NCBI GenBank assembly: GCA_027021705.1
Contig: JALUTT010000080.1
Location: forward strand, 1-40,489
DNA: 40,489 nt
Source of the DNA: Anaerolineae bacterium
GTDB taxonomy: Bacteria > Chloroflexota > Anaerolineae > S140-20
Direction of reading: 5' to 3'
Below are positions 1-7,805 of this stretch, one piece after another. Both the position numbers and the translations under genes were made by a program. Within the stretch, counting starts at the first letter, position 1. Each line of letters opens with the position of its first letter. The notes below the pieces were generated by a model. It did not search any database. It had not been told where the DNA came from and was given only the letters and a program-made list of their open reading frames with translations.

Positions 1-58
1 CACCGGCACCCCCTCAGGCGAACTTCGACGGACCGCCTACGGAGAGCTGCCGTTCCCT

Positions 59-214
59 ATCCGTTCAATCCGTTCTCAAATCCGCTGACAGCTATCCGTT
101 CTTAAGCGGATTGCTGTCAACGGATTCAGGGAGCGGATGGAACGGAACGGTCATCCCCCATCCGCTCAATCCGTTCTCAAATCCGCTGACAGCTATCCGT
201 TCTCAAGCGGATTG
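59..214. repeat. Two ~55-bp direct repeats with internal palindromes (REP-like)
   Basis: atccgYtcaatccgttctcaaatccgctgacagctatccgttctYaagcggattg occurs at 59-113 and 160-214 with 2 mismatches. Each copy contains an aatccgct...agcggatt inverted repeat. Confidence 0.8.
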
Positions 215-376
215 AACGGAGCGGAGTGCTCCCAGACTCTAGGCGCGGAGGTACGGAGGCGCGGAGGGCTTCTGGAGCGCCGGCCCTTCTCAGTGCCCTC
301 ACCCCCCTCAGCGGCCTCAGTGATTCTGGGGCCTCGGCGCCTTCCCACCCCCCGCACTTCAAGCCGGGGCCTTTTC

Positions 377-1264
377 CTACCACGTGCCCCGATGAAGGTA
401 CTCCGTCAACCGCCGGCCGGCCGCTACCTCCTCCGCCCTGTCCGGCAGCGGCCACTTCAGCGCCTCGTAGAGGGCGAACCGGTAGAGATCGAAGGCGGAG
501 CGGATCAGTTCCCCGTAGATCAGCGCCGCTGTGACCATCCCCCGGTAGGCGAGCAGGGCCACGACCACCCCGACAGGGATGGCCCACCACGCCCACACCG
601 CCCAGACGACGAAGAGCAACCCCCAGGCAAAGAGCCGGGTCGCTTCGTCCAGCCGCCCCCGGGCGCCGCCGATCTCCTCCCGCACCTCCTTGGGCAGCAA
701 GAACCACAGCCGGGGCCAGCAGACCCCCGCCGCCAGCCCGTACCGGACCTGGGGATACTCCTCCGCCGCCCGCAGGAGGTTGCCCACCCGCGTGGGCATC
801 AGGTGAGCGGGGTCGGCCGGGAGGCGGATCCGCTCCACGTCCAGACGGGCGTACTCGGCCTGCTCCCTCGGGGGGAGGCGGACCGGGTCGCCCTCGCACC
901 GCTCGGCCAGCGCCTGCCACCGCTCCTCCATCTGCCGCACCCGCTTCTCCCACCGCCGGGCCAGGGCGAAGCGGAGCCACCACAGGGGCGGGGGCCAGTA
1001 CCCTTCCACCATCCGCAGCACCGTCTCCTGACCTCCCTCCACCACCGAGGCGGTGAAGGCAACCAGGAGCAGCCCGCCCACCAACACCGCCGCCTGCTCC
1101 GGCGTGGAGCGGGCGGTCCACCAGCAGGCCAGGCGCGTCCAGCCGTATCGGTCGGCGTAGGCCAGCAGCCCCCCGGCCCAGAAGGCGAAGGCGGGGGCCA
1201 GGACGCGGGTGGCCCACTTCCCGGCCAACGATTCGCCGATCTCCTTCCAGAAGGCTTCAATCAC
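377..1264 (-). CDS. Multi-pass membrane protein of unknown function (third gene of the CHAT operon)
   Basis: 295-aa ORF with about 4 hydrophobic segments (VLAPAFAFWAGGLLAY; AAVLVGGLLLVAFTASVV; LFAWGLLFVVWAVWAWW; AIPVGVVVALLAY) and a central soluble region (PTRVGNLLRAAEEYPQVRYGL). GTG start with a GAGGTG RBS, overlapping the upstream stop by 8 bp. Confidence 0.8.
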   Translation of the reverse strand: MIEAFWKEIGESLAGKWATRVLAPAFAFWAGGLLAYADRYGWTRLACWWTARSTPEQAAVLVGGLLLVAFTASVVEGGQETVLRMVEGYWPPPLWWLRFALARRWEKRVRQMEERWQALAERCEGDPVRLPPREQAEYARLDVERIRLPADPAHLMPTRVGNLLRAAEEYPQVRYGLAAGVCWPRLWFLLPKEVREEIGGARGRLDEATRLFAWGLLFVVWAVWAWWAIPVGVVVALLAYRGMVTAALIYGELIRSAFDLYRFALYEALKWPLPDRAEEVAAGRRLTEYLHRGTW

Positions 1265-1688
1265 CGGACCTCACCTCCCATTCCGGCACCAGGTCCACCT
1301 GGTGCTGGGGGCAGCGGAGCCGCTGGCCCCTGTGTTGCAGCCGCCGACGGTAGTGGGAGGGGTCCACCGGGCAGACCATCAGGGTGCCTGCCGGGATGGG
1401 TTCCTCCTCGCCGGGGAGCCTCTCGTAGAGGCGGACGGCGGTCTCCGCCCCGCCCAGCTCCTCCACGATGCGGCCCAGCCGTTCTCGGAGGGTGGGGTAC
1501 TCGGCGATGCGGCCCAGGGCGCGGGTGATGGCTTGTTCCCGATGTTCCGGCGAGCGGGCCTGGCGCAGGTCCTGCTCCAGGAGCCGGGCCAGAGGTTCCC
1601 CCTCCTCCCGTCCCAGCAGATCCGGCAGCTCCGGCTTCAACACCCGGAGCGCCTCGACGTACAGTTCCGTTTCGCTCCTCTCGTGCAT
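1257..1688 (-). CDS. Small protein with C-terminal Cys/His zinc-ribbon-like motif (second gene of the CHAT operon)
   Basis: 143-aa ORF with a helical N-terminal part and C-terminal CPVDPSH...CPQH. GAGGAG RBS upstream; overlaps the next gene. Confidence 0.8.
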   Translation of the reverse strand: MHERSETELYVEALRVLKPELPDLLGREEGEPLARLLEQDLRQARSPEHREQAITRALGRIAEYPTLRERLGRIVEELGGAETAVRLYERLPGEEEPIPAGTLMVCPVDPSHYRRRLQHRGQRLRCPQHQVDLVPEWEVRSGD

Positions 1689-1735
1689 CTTCCCGCTCCT
1701 CTCTTCTCGCGGTTCACCTCTAGCCTCGCCGGGGC

Positions 1736-1777
1736 CTCCCCTCCCCTCTCCCGCGAGCAGGATAGGGGAGAGGGGAG
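1736..1777. repeat. REP-like palindrome between the CHAT gene and the small gene
   Basis: cctcccctctccc ... ggggagaggggagg inverted repeat in the 108-bp intergenic gap. Confidence 0.6.
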
Positions 1778-1796
1778 GAAAGGGGTGAAGCTCCCT

Positions 1797-4700
1797 CTAC
1801 GTTCCCGTATACCCAAACCCTGCCCAGTAGTAGGGATGGGCGAAATCCCGCCCCTCGGGGCGGCGGCGGAGCATATCCCAGAACGCTCCCCGGGCCGTCT
1901 CCTCCGCCATACGGGTGGCGATCAGTTCCGGCAGAGCGGTGCGGAAGAGGGCTTCCTTCTCCTCGTTAGTCGAATCCCGCAGCCAGACCTGGGCCTGCCG
2001 GAGCGCTTGGGGCGGGGCCAGCCCCTCCCCGCGCCAGAGGTCGTAGAAGCGGGCCATCAGGAGGGCGGTGCTGATCTCGCCGACCGCCCACAGGCTCCCC
2101 ACCACCCCGGCCACCCCGGCCTGCAGCAGGCCGGTGGGGAGGCCGATCACCTCCTCGGGGAGTCGGGTGCCCGGCACCGCCGTCTCGCAGGCGGAGAGGA
2201 CGGCCAGCCGCGCCCCCTCCAGGCGCAGGTCGAGGAAGTCGGCCAGGGTGAGGGGGTGGTCCGACTCGGCCATCCGCAGGCCGCTGCGGAGGGGATCGTC
2301 CGGGTCCGCCCAGCCGTGGGTGGAGAAGTGGAGGACGGGGTAGCGGGGGAGCTCCCGGAGGACGGCCTCCCGCGTGGCGGATTCCCCGCCCAACAGCCGC
2401 TGCCGCTCCGGGGGGAAGTGTTCGAGGACGGAGGCCACCTCTTCGTCGGAGAAGCGGAGGGTGCCGTCCGGGTTGTCCACGACGAAGACCCCGTCCGGAG
2501 CGGTGCGGGCAGCGACCCGGCGGGCGGCCCGCAGGGCGTGGGCGCCGGGGGCGTAGGTGATGCAGAGGTCGTCCAGCGCATAGCGGTGGCCGGTGGGCGC
2601 GGCAGGGTCCTCCCGCCAGGCGGCGTGGAGGGGGAGGAGGGAGAGGAGCCCCGTGGGGATGAGGGTGATGGCCCTCACCCCCTCCCCCCGTCCCCCGGTA
2701 GGGGCGACTGGCCGGTCACCCCCGGCGGCGGGGGTGGGGGTGAGGGTTTCCACCACCTCCCCCATCACCGCCTCCCACAGCCAGCGGGTGGTCACGTCCA
2801 GCGTCTGAAACCAGGCCCTGCGGAGCGCCTCTCGGGTCTTGCGGGGAATGCGGCGATCGGTGATGCCGATCCGCCACAGCCGGTACATCGAGAGGTAGCC
2901 GCCACGGGCGGCCTCGATGTCCTCCGGTGCGACCCGGCCCTGCTGCAGGTGGTCGTTGATCCGGCGGTCTTCTTCAGGGGTGGGCGACCAGAGGCGGCGG
3001 TTCAGGGCCTCCTCGGTCAGGTCCGGCAGCCGGACGGCGGTCACCCCGTCGGGGCGACCCGGCAGGTCGCCCCCGGCGTGGACGATGAGGGCCAGGCCGC
3101 CGGCGGGGGTGGCGAGGAGGTAGACGAGGGGGGCATCCCGGGCGGCGGGGAGGACCTGATCGAAGGTGGGGTCTTCCATAAAGTGGGCGAACTCGGGGTA
3201 GACGGCCCCCACCTCCTCCCGAATGGCCTGCTCCGCGGCCTGCACCTCCTCCCAGGCCGCCTTCATCTGTTGCGGCCAATCGGCAGGACGCCGGGGGGAT
3301 TCGCCCTGGGCCAGCAGGTCCCGGAAGCGCTGCCGGGCCTCTTGGTATCGCTGGTGGAGGCGGTTAAACCCCAGGGCGGGCAGCCGTTCCAGATCGCGGC
3401 GGTTCTGTTCCATCGTCTCCCGCAGCAGGCGGGTGCGGCCCGCTTCCAGCGCTTCCACCGCCCGTTCGAGGTCTCCCCGTTGGGCGTGGGCGTAGGCCAG
3501 CCGGGCGGGGATCGCCTGGACCTCCCGCAGCCAGGCGGCTTTCTGTTCGCGCCGGTATTGGACCACGAACAGCCGTCGGATGGTCTGCATCGCGTAGCCG
3601 TAGGCTTCCACTGCCTCGACCCACTCCCGACGCTCCACCGCCCAGTTGCCCCAGTTTCCTCCGGCCATCAGGGCTGCTTCGGGGGCTTTGTCGCTCCCCC
3701 GTTCACAGGCTTTCCGGTAAGCCCGGATCGCCTCCTCCAGGTCCTCCAACCGGCCGGTGCGGGCGTAGCGGTCGCTCAGGCCGGTGCCCAGGTTGGTGAG
3801 GAAGCCGGGGAGGTCGGGGGAGCCTTCCGGGGTGCGGCGGACCGCCTCCCGAGAGGCCCCGATCGCCTCCTCCAGGTCCTCCAGGTGGCCGGTGCGGGCG
3901 TAGCGGTCGCGCAGGCCGGTGCCCAGGTTGGTGAGGTACATAGGGAGGTCTGGGGAGTCGGGCGGGGTGCGGCGGACCGCTTCCCGCCAGACCCCGATCG
4001 CCTCCTCCAGGTCCTCCAAGTGGCCGGTGCGGGCGTAGCGGTCGTGCAGGCCGTTGCCCAGGTTGGTGAGGTACATAGGGAGGTCGGGAGCATCTTCCGG
4101 GGTGCGGCGGATCGCCTCCCGAAAGACCCGTATCGCCTCCTCCAGGTCCTCCATCCGGCCGGTGCGGGCGTAGCGGTCGCTCAGGCCGTTGCCCAGGCTG
4201 TTGAGGTAGCCGGGGAGGTCAGGGGAGTCGGGCGGGGTGCGGCGGACCGCTTCCCGAAAGACTCCGATCGCCTCCTCCAAGTCCTCCATCCGGCCGGTGC
4301 GGGCGTAGCGGTCGCGCAGGCCGGCGCCCAGGCCGGTGAGGATAGAAGGGCGATCGGGGGAGTCTTCTGGGGTGCGGCGGACCGCTTCCCGGTAGACGCG
4401 GATCGCTTCCTCCAGGTCCTCCATCCGGCCGGTGCGGGCGTAGCGGTCGTGCAGGCCGTTGCCCAGGTTGGTGAGGTACATAGGGAGGTCTGGGGAGTCG
4501 GGCGGGGTGCGGCGGACCGCCTCTCGATAGACGCGGACCGCCTCCTCCAGGTCCTCCAAGTGGCCGGTGCGGGCGTAGCGGTCGCGCAGGCCGATGCCCA
4601 GGTTGCTGAGGTACATAGGGAGGTCAGGAGAGTCGGGCGGGGTGCGGCGGACCGCCTCCCGCCAGACCCCGATTGTCTCCTCCAGGTCCTCCATCCGGCC

Positions 4701-7607
4701 GGTGCGGGCGTAGCGGTCGCTCAGGCCGGCGCCCAGGTTGTTGAGGTAGCCGGGGAGGTCAGAGGAGTCGGGCGGGGTGCGGCGGACCGCTTCCCGGTAG
4801 ACGCGGATCGCCTCCTGCAGGTCCTCCAAGTGGCCGGTGCGGGCGTAGCGGTCGCGCAGGCCGGCGCCCAGGTTATTGAGGCGAGAAGGGAAGTCGGGGG
4901 CGTCTTCCGGGGTGAGGCGGACCGCCTCCCGCCAGACCCGTATCGCCTCCTCCAGGTCCTCCAACCGGCCGGTGCGGGCGTAGCGGTCGCGCAGGCCGGC
5001 GCCCAGGTTGGTGAGGTACATAGGGAGGTCGGGAGCATCTTCCGGGGTGCGGCGGACCGCTTCCTGGTAGACGCGGATCGCCTCCTCCAGGTCCTCCATC
5101 CGGCCGGTGCGGGCGTAGCGGTCGCGCAGGCCGGCGCCCAGGCCGGTGAGGATAGAAGGGCGATCGGGGGAGTCTTCTGGGGTGCGGCGGACCGCTTCCT
5201 GGGAGACGCGGATCGCCTCCTCCAGGTCCTCTATCCGGCCGGTGCGGGCGTAGCGGTCGCGCAGGCCGGCGCCCAGGCCGGTGAGGATAGAAGGGCGATC
5301 GGGGGAGTCTTCTGGGGTGCGGCGGACCGCTTCCTGGGAGACGCGGATCGCCTCCTCCAGGTCCTCTATCCGGCCGGTGCGGGCGTAGCGGTCGCGCAGG
5401 CCGGTGCCCAGGTTGTTGAGGTAGCCGGGGAGGTCAGGGGAGTCGGGCGGGGTGCGGCGGACCGCCTCCCGATAGACGCGGATCGCCTCTTCCAGGTCCT
5501 CCAAGTGGCCGGTGCGGGCGTAGCGGTCGTGCAGGCCGTTGCCCAGGTTGGTGAGGTAGCCGGGGAGGTCAGAGGAGTCGGGCGGGGTGCGGCGGACCGC
5601 CTCTCGATAGACGCGGATCGCCTCCTCCAGGTCCTCCATCCGGCCGGTGCGGGCGTAGCGGTTGCTCAGGCCAGTGCCCAGGTTATTGAGGATAGCAGGG
5701 CGGTCGGGGGCGTCTTCCGGGGTGCAGCGGATCGCCTCCCGAAAGACCCGTATCGCCTCCTCCAGGTCCTCCATCCGGCCGGTGCGGGCGTAGCGGGCGC
5801 GCAGGCCGTTGCCCAGGCTGTTGAGGTAGCCGGGGAGGGCGGGGGAGTCGGGCGGGGTGCGACGGACCGCCTCTCGATAGGCCCCGATCGCCTCCTCCAG
5901 GTCCTCCATCCGGCCGGTGCGGGCGTAGCGGGCGCGCAGGCCGTTGCCCAGGCTGTTGAGGTAGCCGGGGAGGTCAGAGGAGTCGGGCGGGGTGCGGCGG
6001 ACCGCCTCCCGAAAGACTCCGATCGCCTCCTCCAAGTCCTCCATCCGGCCGGTGCGGGCGTAGCGGGCGCGCAGGCCGATGCCTAAGTTGTTGAGGTAGC
6101 CGGGGAGGGCGGGGGCGTCTTCCGGGGTGCGGCGGACCGCCTCCCGAAAGACTCCGATCGCCTCCTCCAAGTCCTCCATCCGGCCGGTGCGGGCGTAGCG
6201 GGCGCGCAGGCCGTTGCCCAGGCTGTTGAGGTAGCCGGGGAGGGCGGGGGAGTCTTCCGGGGTGCGGCGGACCGCTTCCCGAAAGACTCCGATCGCCTCC
6301 TCCAAGTCCTCCATCCGGCCGGTGCGGGCGTAGCGGGCGCGCAGGCCGTTGCCCAGGCTGTTGAGGTAGCCGGGGAGGGCGGGGGAGTCGGGCGGGGTGC
6401 GGCGGACCGCCTCCCGCCAGACCCGGATCGCCTCCTCCAGGTCCTCCATCCGGCCGGTGCGGGCGTAGCGGTCGTGCAGGCCGATGCCTAAGTTGCTGAG
6501 GTACATAGGGAGGTCAGGAGAGTCGGGCGGGGTGCGGCGGACCGCCCCCCGCCAGACCCCGATTGCCTCCTCCAGGTCCTCCATCCGGCCGGTGCGGGCG
6601 TAGCGGTCGCTCAGGCCGGTGCCCAGGTTGTTGAGGTACATAGGGAGGTTGGGGGAGTCTTCCGGGGTGCGGCGGACCGCTTCCTGGTAGACGCGGATCG
6701 CTTCCTCCAGGTCCTCCATCCGGCCGGTGCGGGCGTAGTGGGCGCTCAGGCCGATGCCCAGGTTGTTGAGGATAGAAGGGAGGTCGGGGGCATCTTCTGG
6801 GGTGCGGCGGACCGCCTCCTGCCAGAGTGAGAGCGCCCGATCCAGGTCGGCGATCTGGCCCTGCCGCCAGTATCGCCGCAGGTAGGCTCCTCCCGCACCG
6901 TTCCAGGCGGCCAGTTGGAACCGCTCGTCGGCCTGGGCGAAGGCGGGATGGTTCAAGATCCGCTCCCAGGCGGCCACCGCCTCGTTCAAGGCGGCCAGGT
7001 CGCCGGTTTGTTGGTATCGCTGCTCGCCTTCCACAGCGCGGCGGAGGTCCTCCTGAAATTCCGGAGGCACAGGAGGGCCGGTGCCGAGATCGGCGAAGAC
7101 CCGGGCCGCTTCCTCCAGTTTCTCCCGCAGGTCGGGCCGCTCCTCCAATAGCCGTTCCAGGTCTTCCGGGGAGCTGGTCTCGACCCCGGCGGCGGCCAGT
7201 TCGACCAGCAGTTCCCGCAGTTCGGGGGGCATCTGGGCCGCCGCGCGGGCTGCCTCCAGCGCCTGCTCCGGCGTCAGGCCTGCGGCCTCCGCCTGTGCCA
7301 GTGCCTCCGGCGGGAGCATTTTCTCGGCGAAGGCCCGCTCCACCCCCACCTCCCGGCAGCGGCGCAGCAGGGCGCGGTGTTCGTCAAAAACACGGCGGGC
7401 ATTCTCGTCGCCCTGGGCGCGGGCGGCGTCGGCCAGTTGGCCCAGCAGCCCGTCCGCCTCGTCGCTGAGCAGCTCGGGGTGCGCCTCCACGATGCGGCGG
7501 GATTCGGCCCAGGTCTCCGCCTGGATGAAAGCAAAGATCGTTTCCAGCAACTGTCGAGGGTCTGGCCGCCGAGGGCGACGACCGAAGAGCCTGTCCAAGA
7601 ATCCCAT
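1797..7607 (-). CDS. TPR-repeat CHAT-domain (caspase-HetF family) cysteine protease
   Basis: C-terminal CHAT motifs LIPTGLLSLLPLHAA, VLHFSTHG (catalytic His), VLSACET (catalytic Cys), GVVGSLWAV and HPYYWAGF, preceded by 23 tandem 45-aa TPR-like repeats. Start placed at ATG 7607 (MGFLDRLFG) because GGGAGG lies 6 nt upstream; the ORF track starts at 7625. Confidence 0.93.
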   Translation of the reverse strand: MGFLDRLFGRRPRRPDPRQLLETIFAFIQAETWAESRRIVEAHPELLSDEADGLLGQLADAARAQGDENARRVFDEHRALLRRCREVGVERAFAEKMLPPEALAQAEAAGLTPEQALEAARAAAQMPPELRELLVELAAAGVETSSPEDLERLLEERPDLREKLEEAARVFADLGTGPPVPPEFQEDLRRAVEGEQRYQQTGDLAALNEAVAAWERILNHPAFAQADERFQLAAWNGAGGAYLRRYWRQGQIADLDRALSLWQEAVRRTPEDAPDLPSILNNLGIGLSAHYARTGRMEDLEEAIRVYQEAVRRTPEDSPNLPMYLNNLGTGLSDRYARTGRMEDLEEAIGVWRGAVRRTPPDSPDLPMYLSNLGIGLHDRYARTGRMEDLEEAIRVWREAVRRTPPDSPALPGYLNSLGNGLRARYARTGRMEDLEEAIGVFREAVRRTPEDSPALPGYLNSLGNGLRARYARTGRMEDLEEAIGVFREAVRRTPEDAPALPGYLNNLGIGLRARYARTGRMEDLEEAIGVFREAVRRTPPDSSDLPGYLNSLGNGLRARYARTGRMEDLEEAIGAYREAVRRTPPDSPALPGYLNSLGNGLRARYARTGRMEDLEEAIRVFREAIRCTPEDAPDRPAILNNLGTGLSNRYARTGRMEDLEEAIRVYREAVRRTPPDSSDLPGYLTNLGNGLHDRYARTGHLEDLEEAIRVYREAVRRTPPDSPDLPGYLNNLGTGLRDRYARTGRIEDLEEAIRVSQEAVRRTPEDSPDRPSILTGLGAGLRDRYARTGRIEDLEEAIRVSQEAVRRTPEDSPDRPSILTGLGAGLRDRYARTGRMEDLEEAIRVYQEAVRRTPEDAPDLPMYLTNLGAGLRDRYARTGRLEDLEEAIRVWREAVRLTPEDAPDFPSRLNNLGAGLRDRYARTGHLEDLQEAIRVYREAVRRTPPDSSDLPGYLNNLGAGLSDRYARTGRMEDLEETIGVWREAVRRTPPDSPDLPMYLSNLGIGLRDRYARTGHLEDLEEAVRVYREAVRRTPPDSPDLPMYLTNLGNGLHDRYARTGRMEDLEEAIRVYREAVRRTPEDSPDRPSILTGLGAGLRDRYARTGRMEDLEEAIGVFREAVRRTPPDSPDLPGYLNSLGNGLSDRYARTGRMEDLEEAIRVFREAIRRTPEDAPDLPMYLTNLGNGLHDRYARTGHLEDLEEAIGVWREAVRRTPPDSPDLPMYLTNLGTGLRDRYARTGHLEDLEEAIGASREAVRRTPEGSPDLPGFLTNLGTGLSDRYARTGRLEDLEEAIRAYRKACERGSDKAPEAALMAGGNWGNWAVERREWVEAVEAYGYAMQTIRRLFVVQYRREQKAAWLREVQAIPARLAYAHAQRGDLERAVEALEAGRTRLLRETMEQNRRDLERLPALGFNRLHQRYQEARQRFRDLLAQGESPRRPADWPQQMKAAWEEVQAAEQAIREEVGAVYPEFAHFMEDPTFDQVLPAARDAPLVYLLATPAGGLALIVHAGGDLPGRPDGVTAVRLPDLTEEALNRRLWSPTPEEDRRINDHLQQGRVAPEDIEAARGGYLSMYRLWRIGITDRRIPRKTREALRRAWFQTLDVTTRWLWEAVMGEVVETLTPTPAAGGDRPVAPTGGRGEGVRAITLIPTGLLSLLPLHAAWREDPAAPTGHRYALDDLCITYAPGAHALRAARRVAARTAPDGVFVVDNPDGTLRFSDEEVASVLEHFPPERQRLLGGESATREAVLRELPRYPVLHFSTHGWADPDDPLRSGLRMAESDHPLTLADFLDLRLEGARLAVLSACETAVPGTRLPEEVIGLPTGLLQAGVAGVVGSLWAVGEISTALLMARFYDLWRGEGLAPPQALRQAQVWLRDSTNEEKEALFRTALPELIATRMAEETARGAFWDMLRRRPEGRDFAHPYYWAGFGYTGT
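2672..2746. repeat. 75-bp REP-like palindromic element in frame inside the CHAT domain
   Basis: Perfect 11-bp terminal inverted repeat ccctcaccccc/gggggtgaggg enclosing GTAGGGGCGACTGGCCGGTCACCCC. Encodes the Pro/Gly-rich segment LTPTPAAGGDRPVAPTGGRGEGVR. Confidence 0.6.
3678..6782 (-). repeat. Intragenic tandem array: 23 x 135 bp (45-aa TPR-like units)
   Basis: 23 YARTG motifs counted in the translation. The motif cggccggtgcgggcgtag recurs at 135-bp spacing (e.g. 6181, 6316). Confidence 0.95.
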
Positions 7608-7628
7608 CCCTTGCCTCCCATCCACATC

Positions 7629-7749
7629 TCACGTTTCACGCCTCACGCCTCACGTTTCACACTTCACGCTTCACGCTTCACGCCTCACGCCTCACGCTTC
7701 ACGTTTCACGCTTCACGAACCGCCGACCACGGACTGCGGACTGCGGACT
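7629..7749. repeat. Heptamer tandem repeats (TCACGYY x ~12.7, then GCGGACT x ~3)
   Basis: Read directly at 7629-7717 and 7730-7749, immediately upstream of the CHAT gene RBS. Confidence 0.9.
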
Positions 7750-7805
7750 CCCCCCCCAGTTTAGCCCATTTTCCGGCGGGAGGCAAGGGGAGGAACCGGG
7801 CAACG

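Noticed and set aside
1209..6086. 1625-aa plus-strand ORF
   Set aside because: Antisense shadow of the GC-rich, repetitive CHAT gene. It mirrors the repeat period and has no independent motifs.
3678..6782. Diversity-generating retroelement as the source of repeat variation
   Set aside because: No reverse transcriptase or template/variable repeat pair is seen, and the differences are not adenine-specific. Recombinational shuffling fits better.
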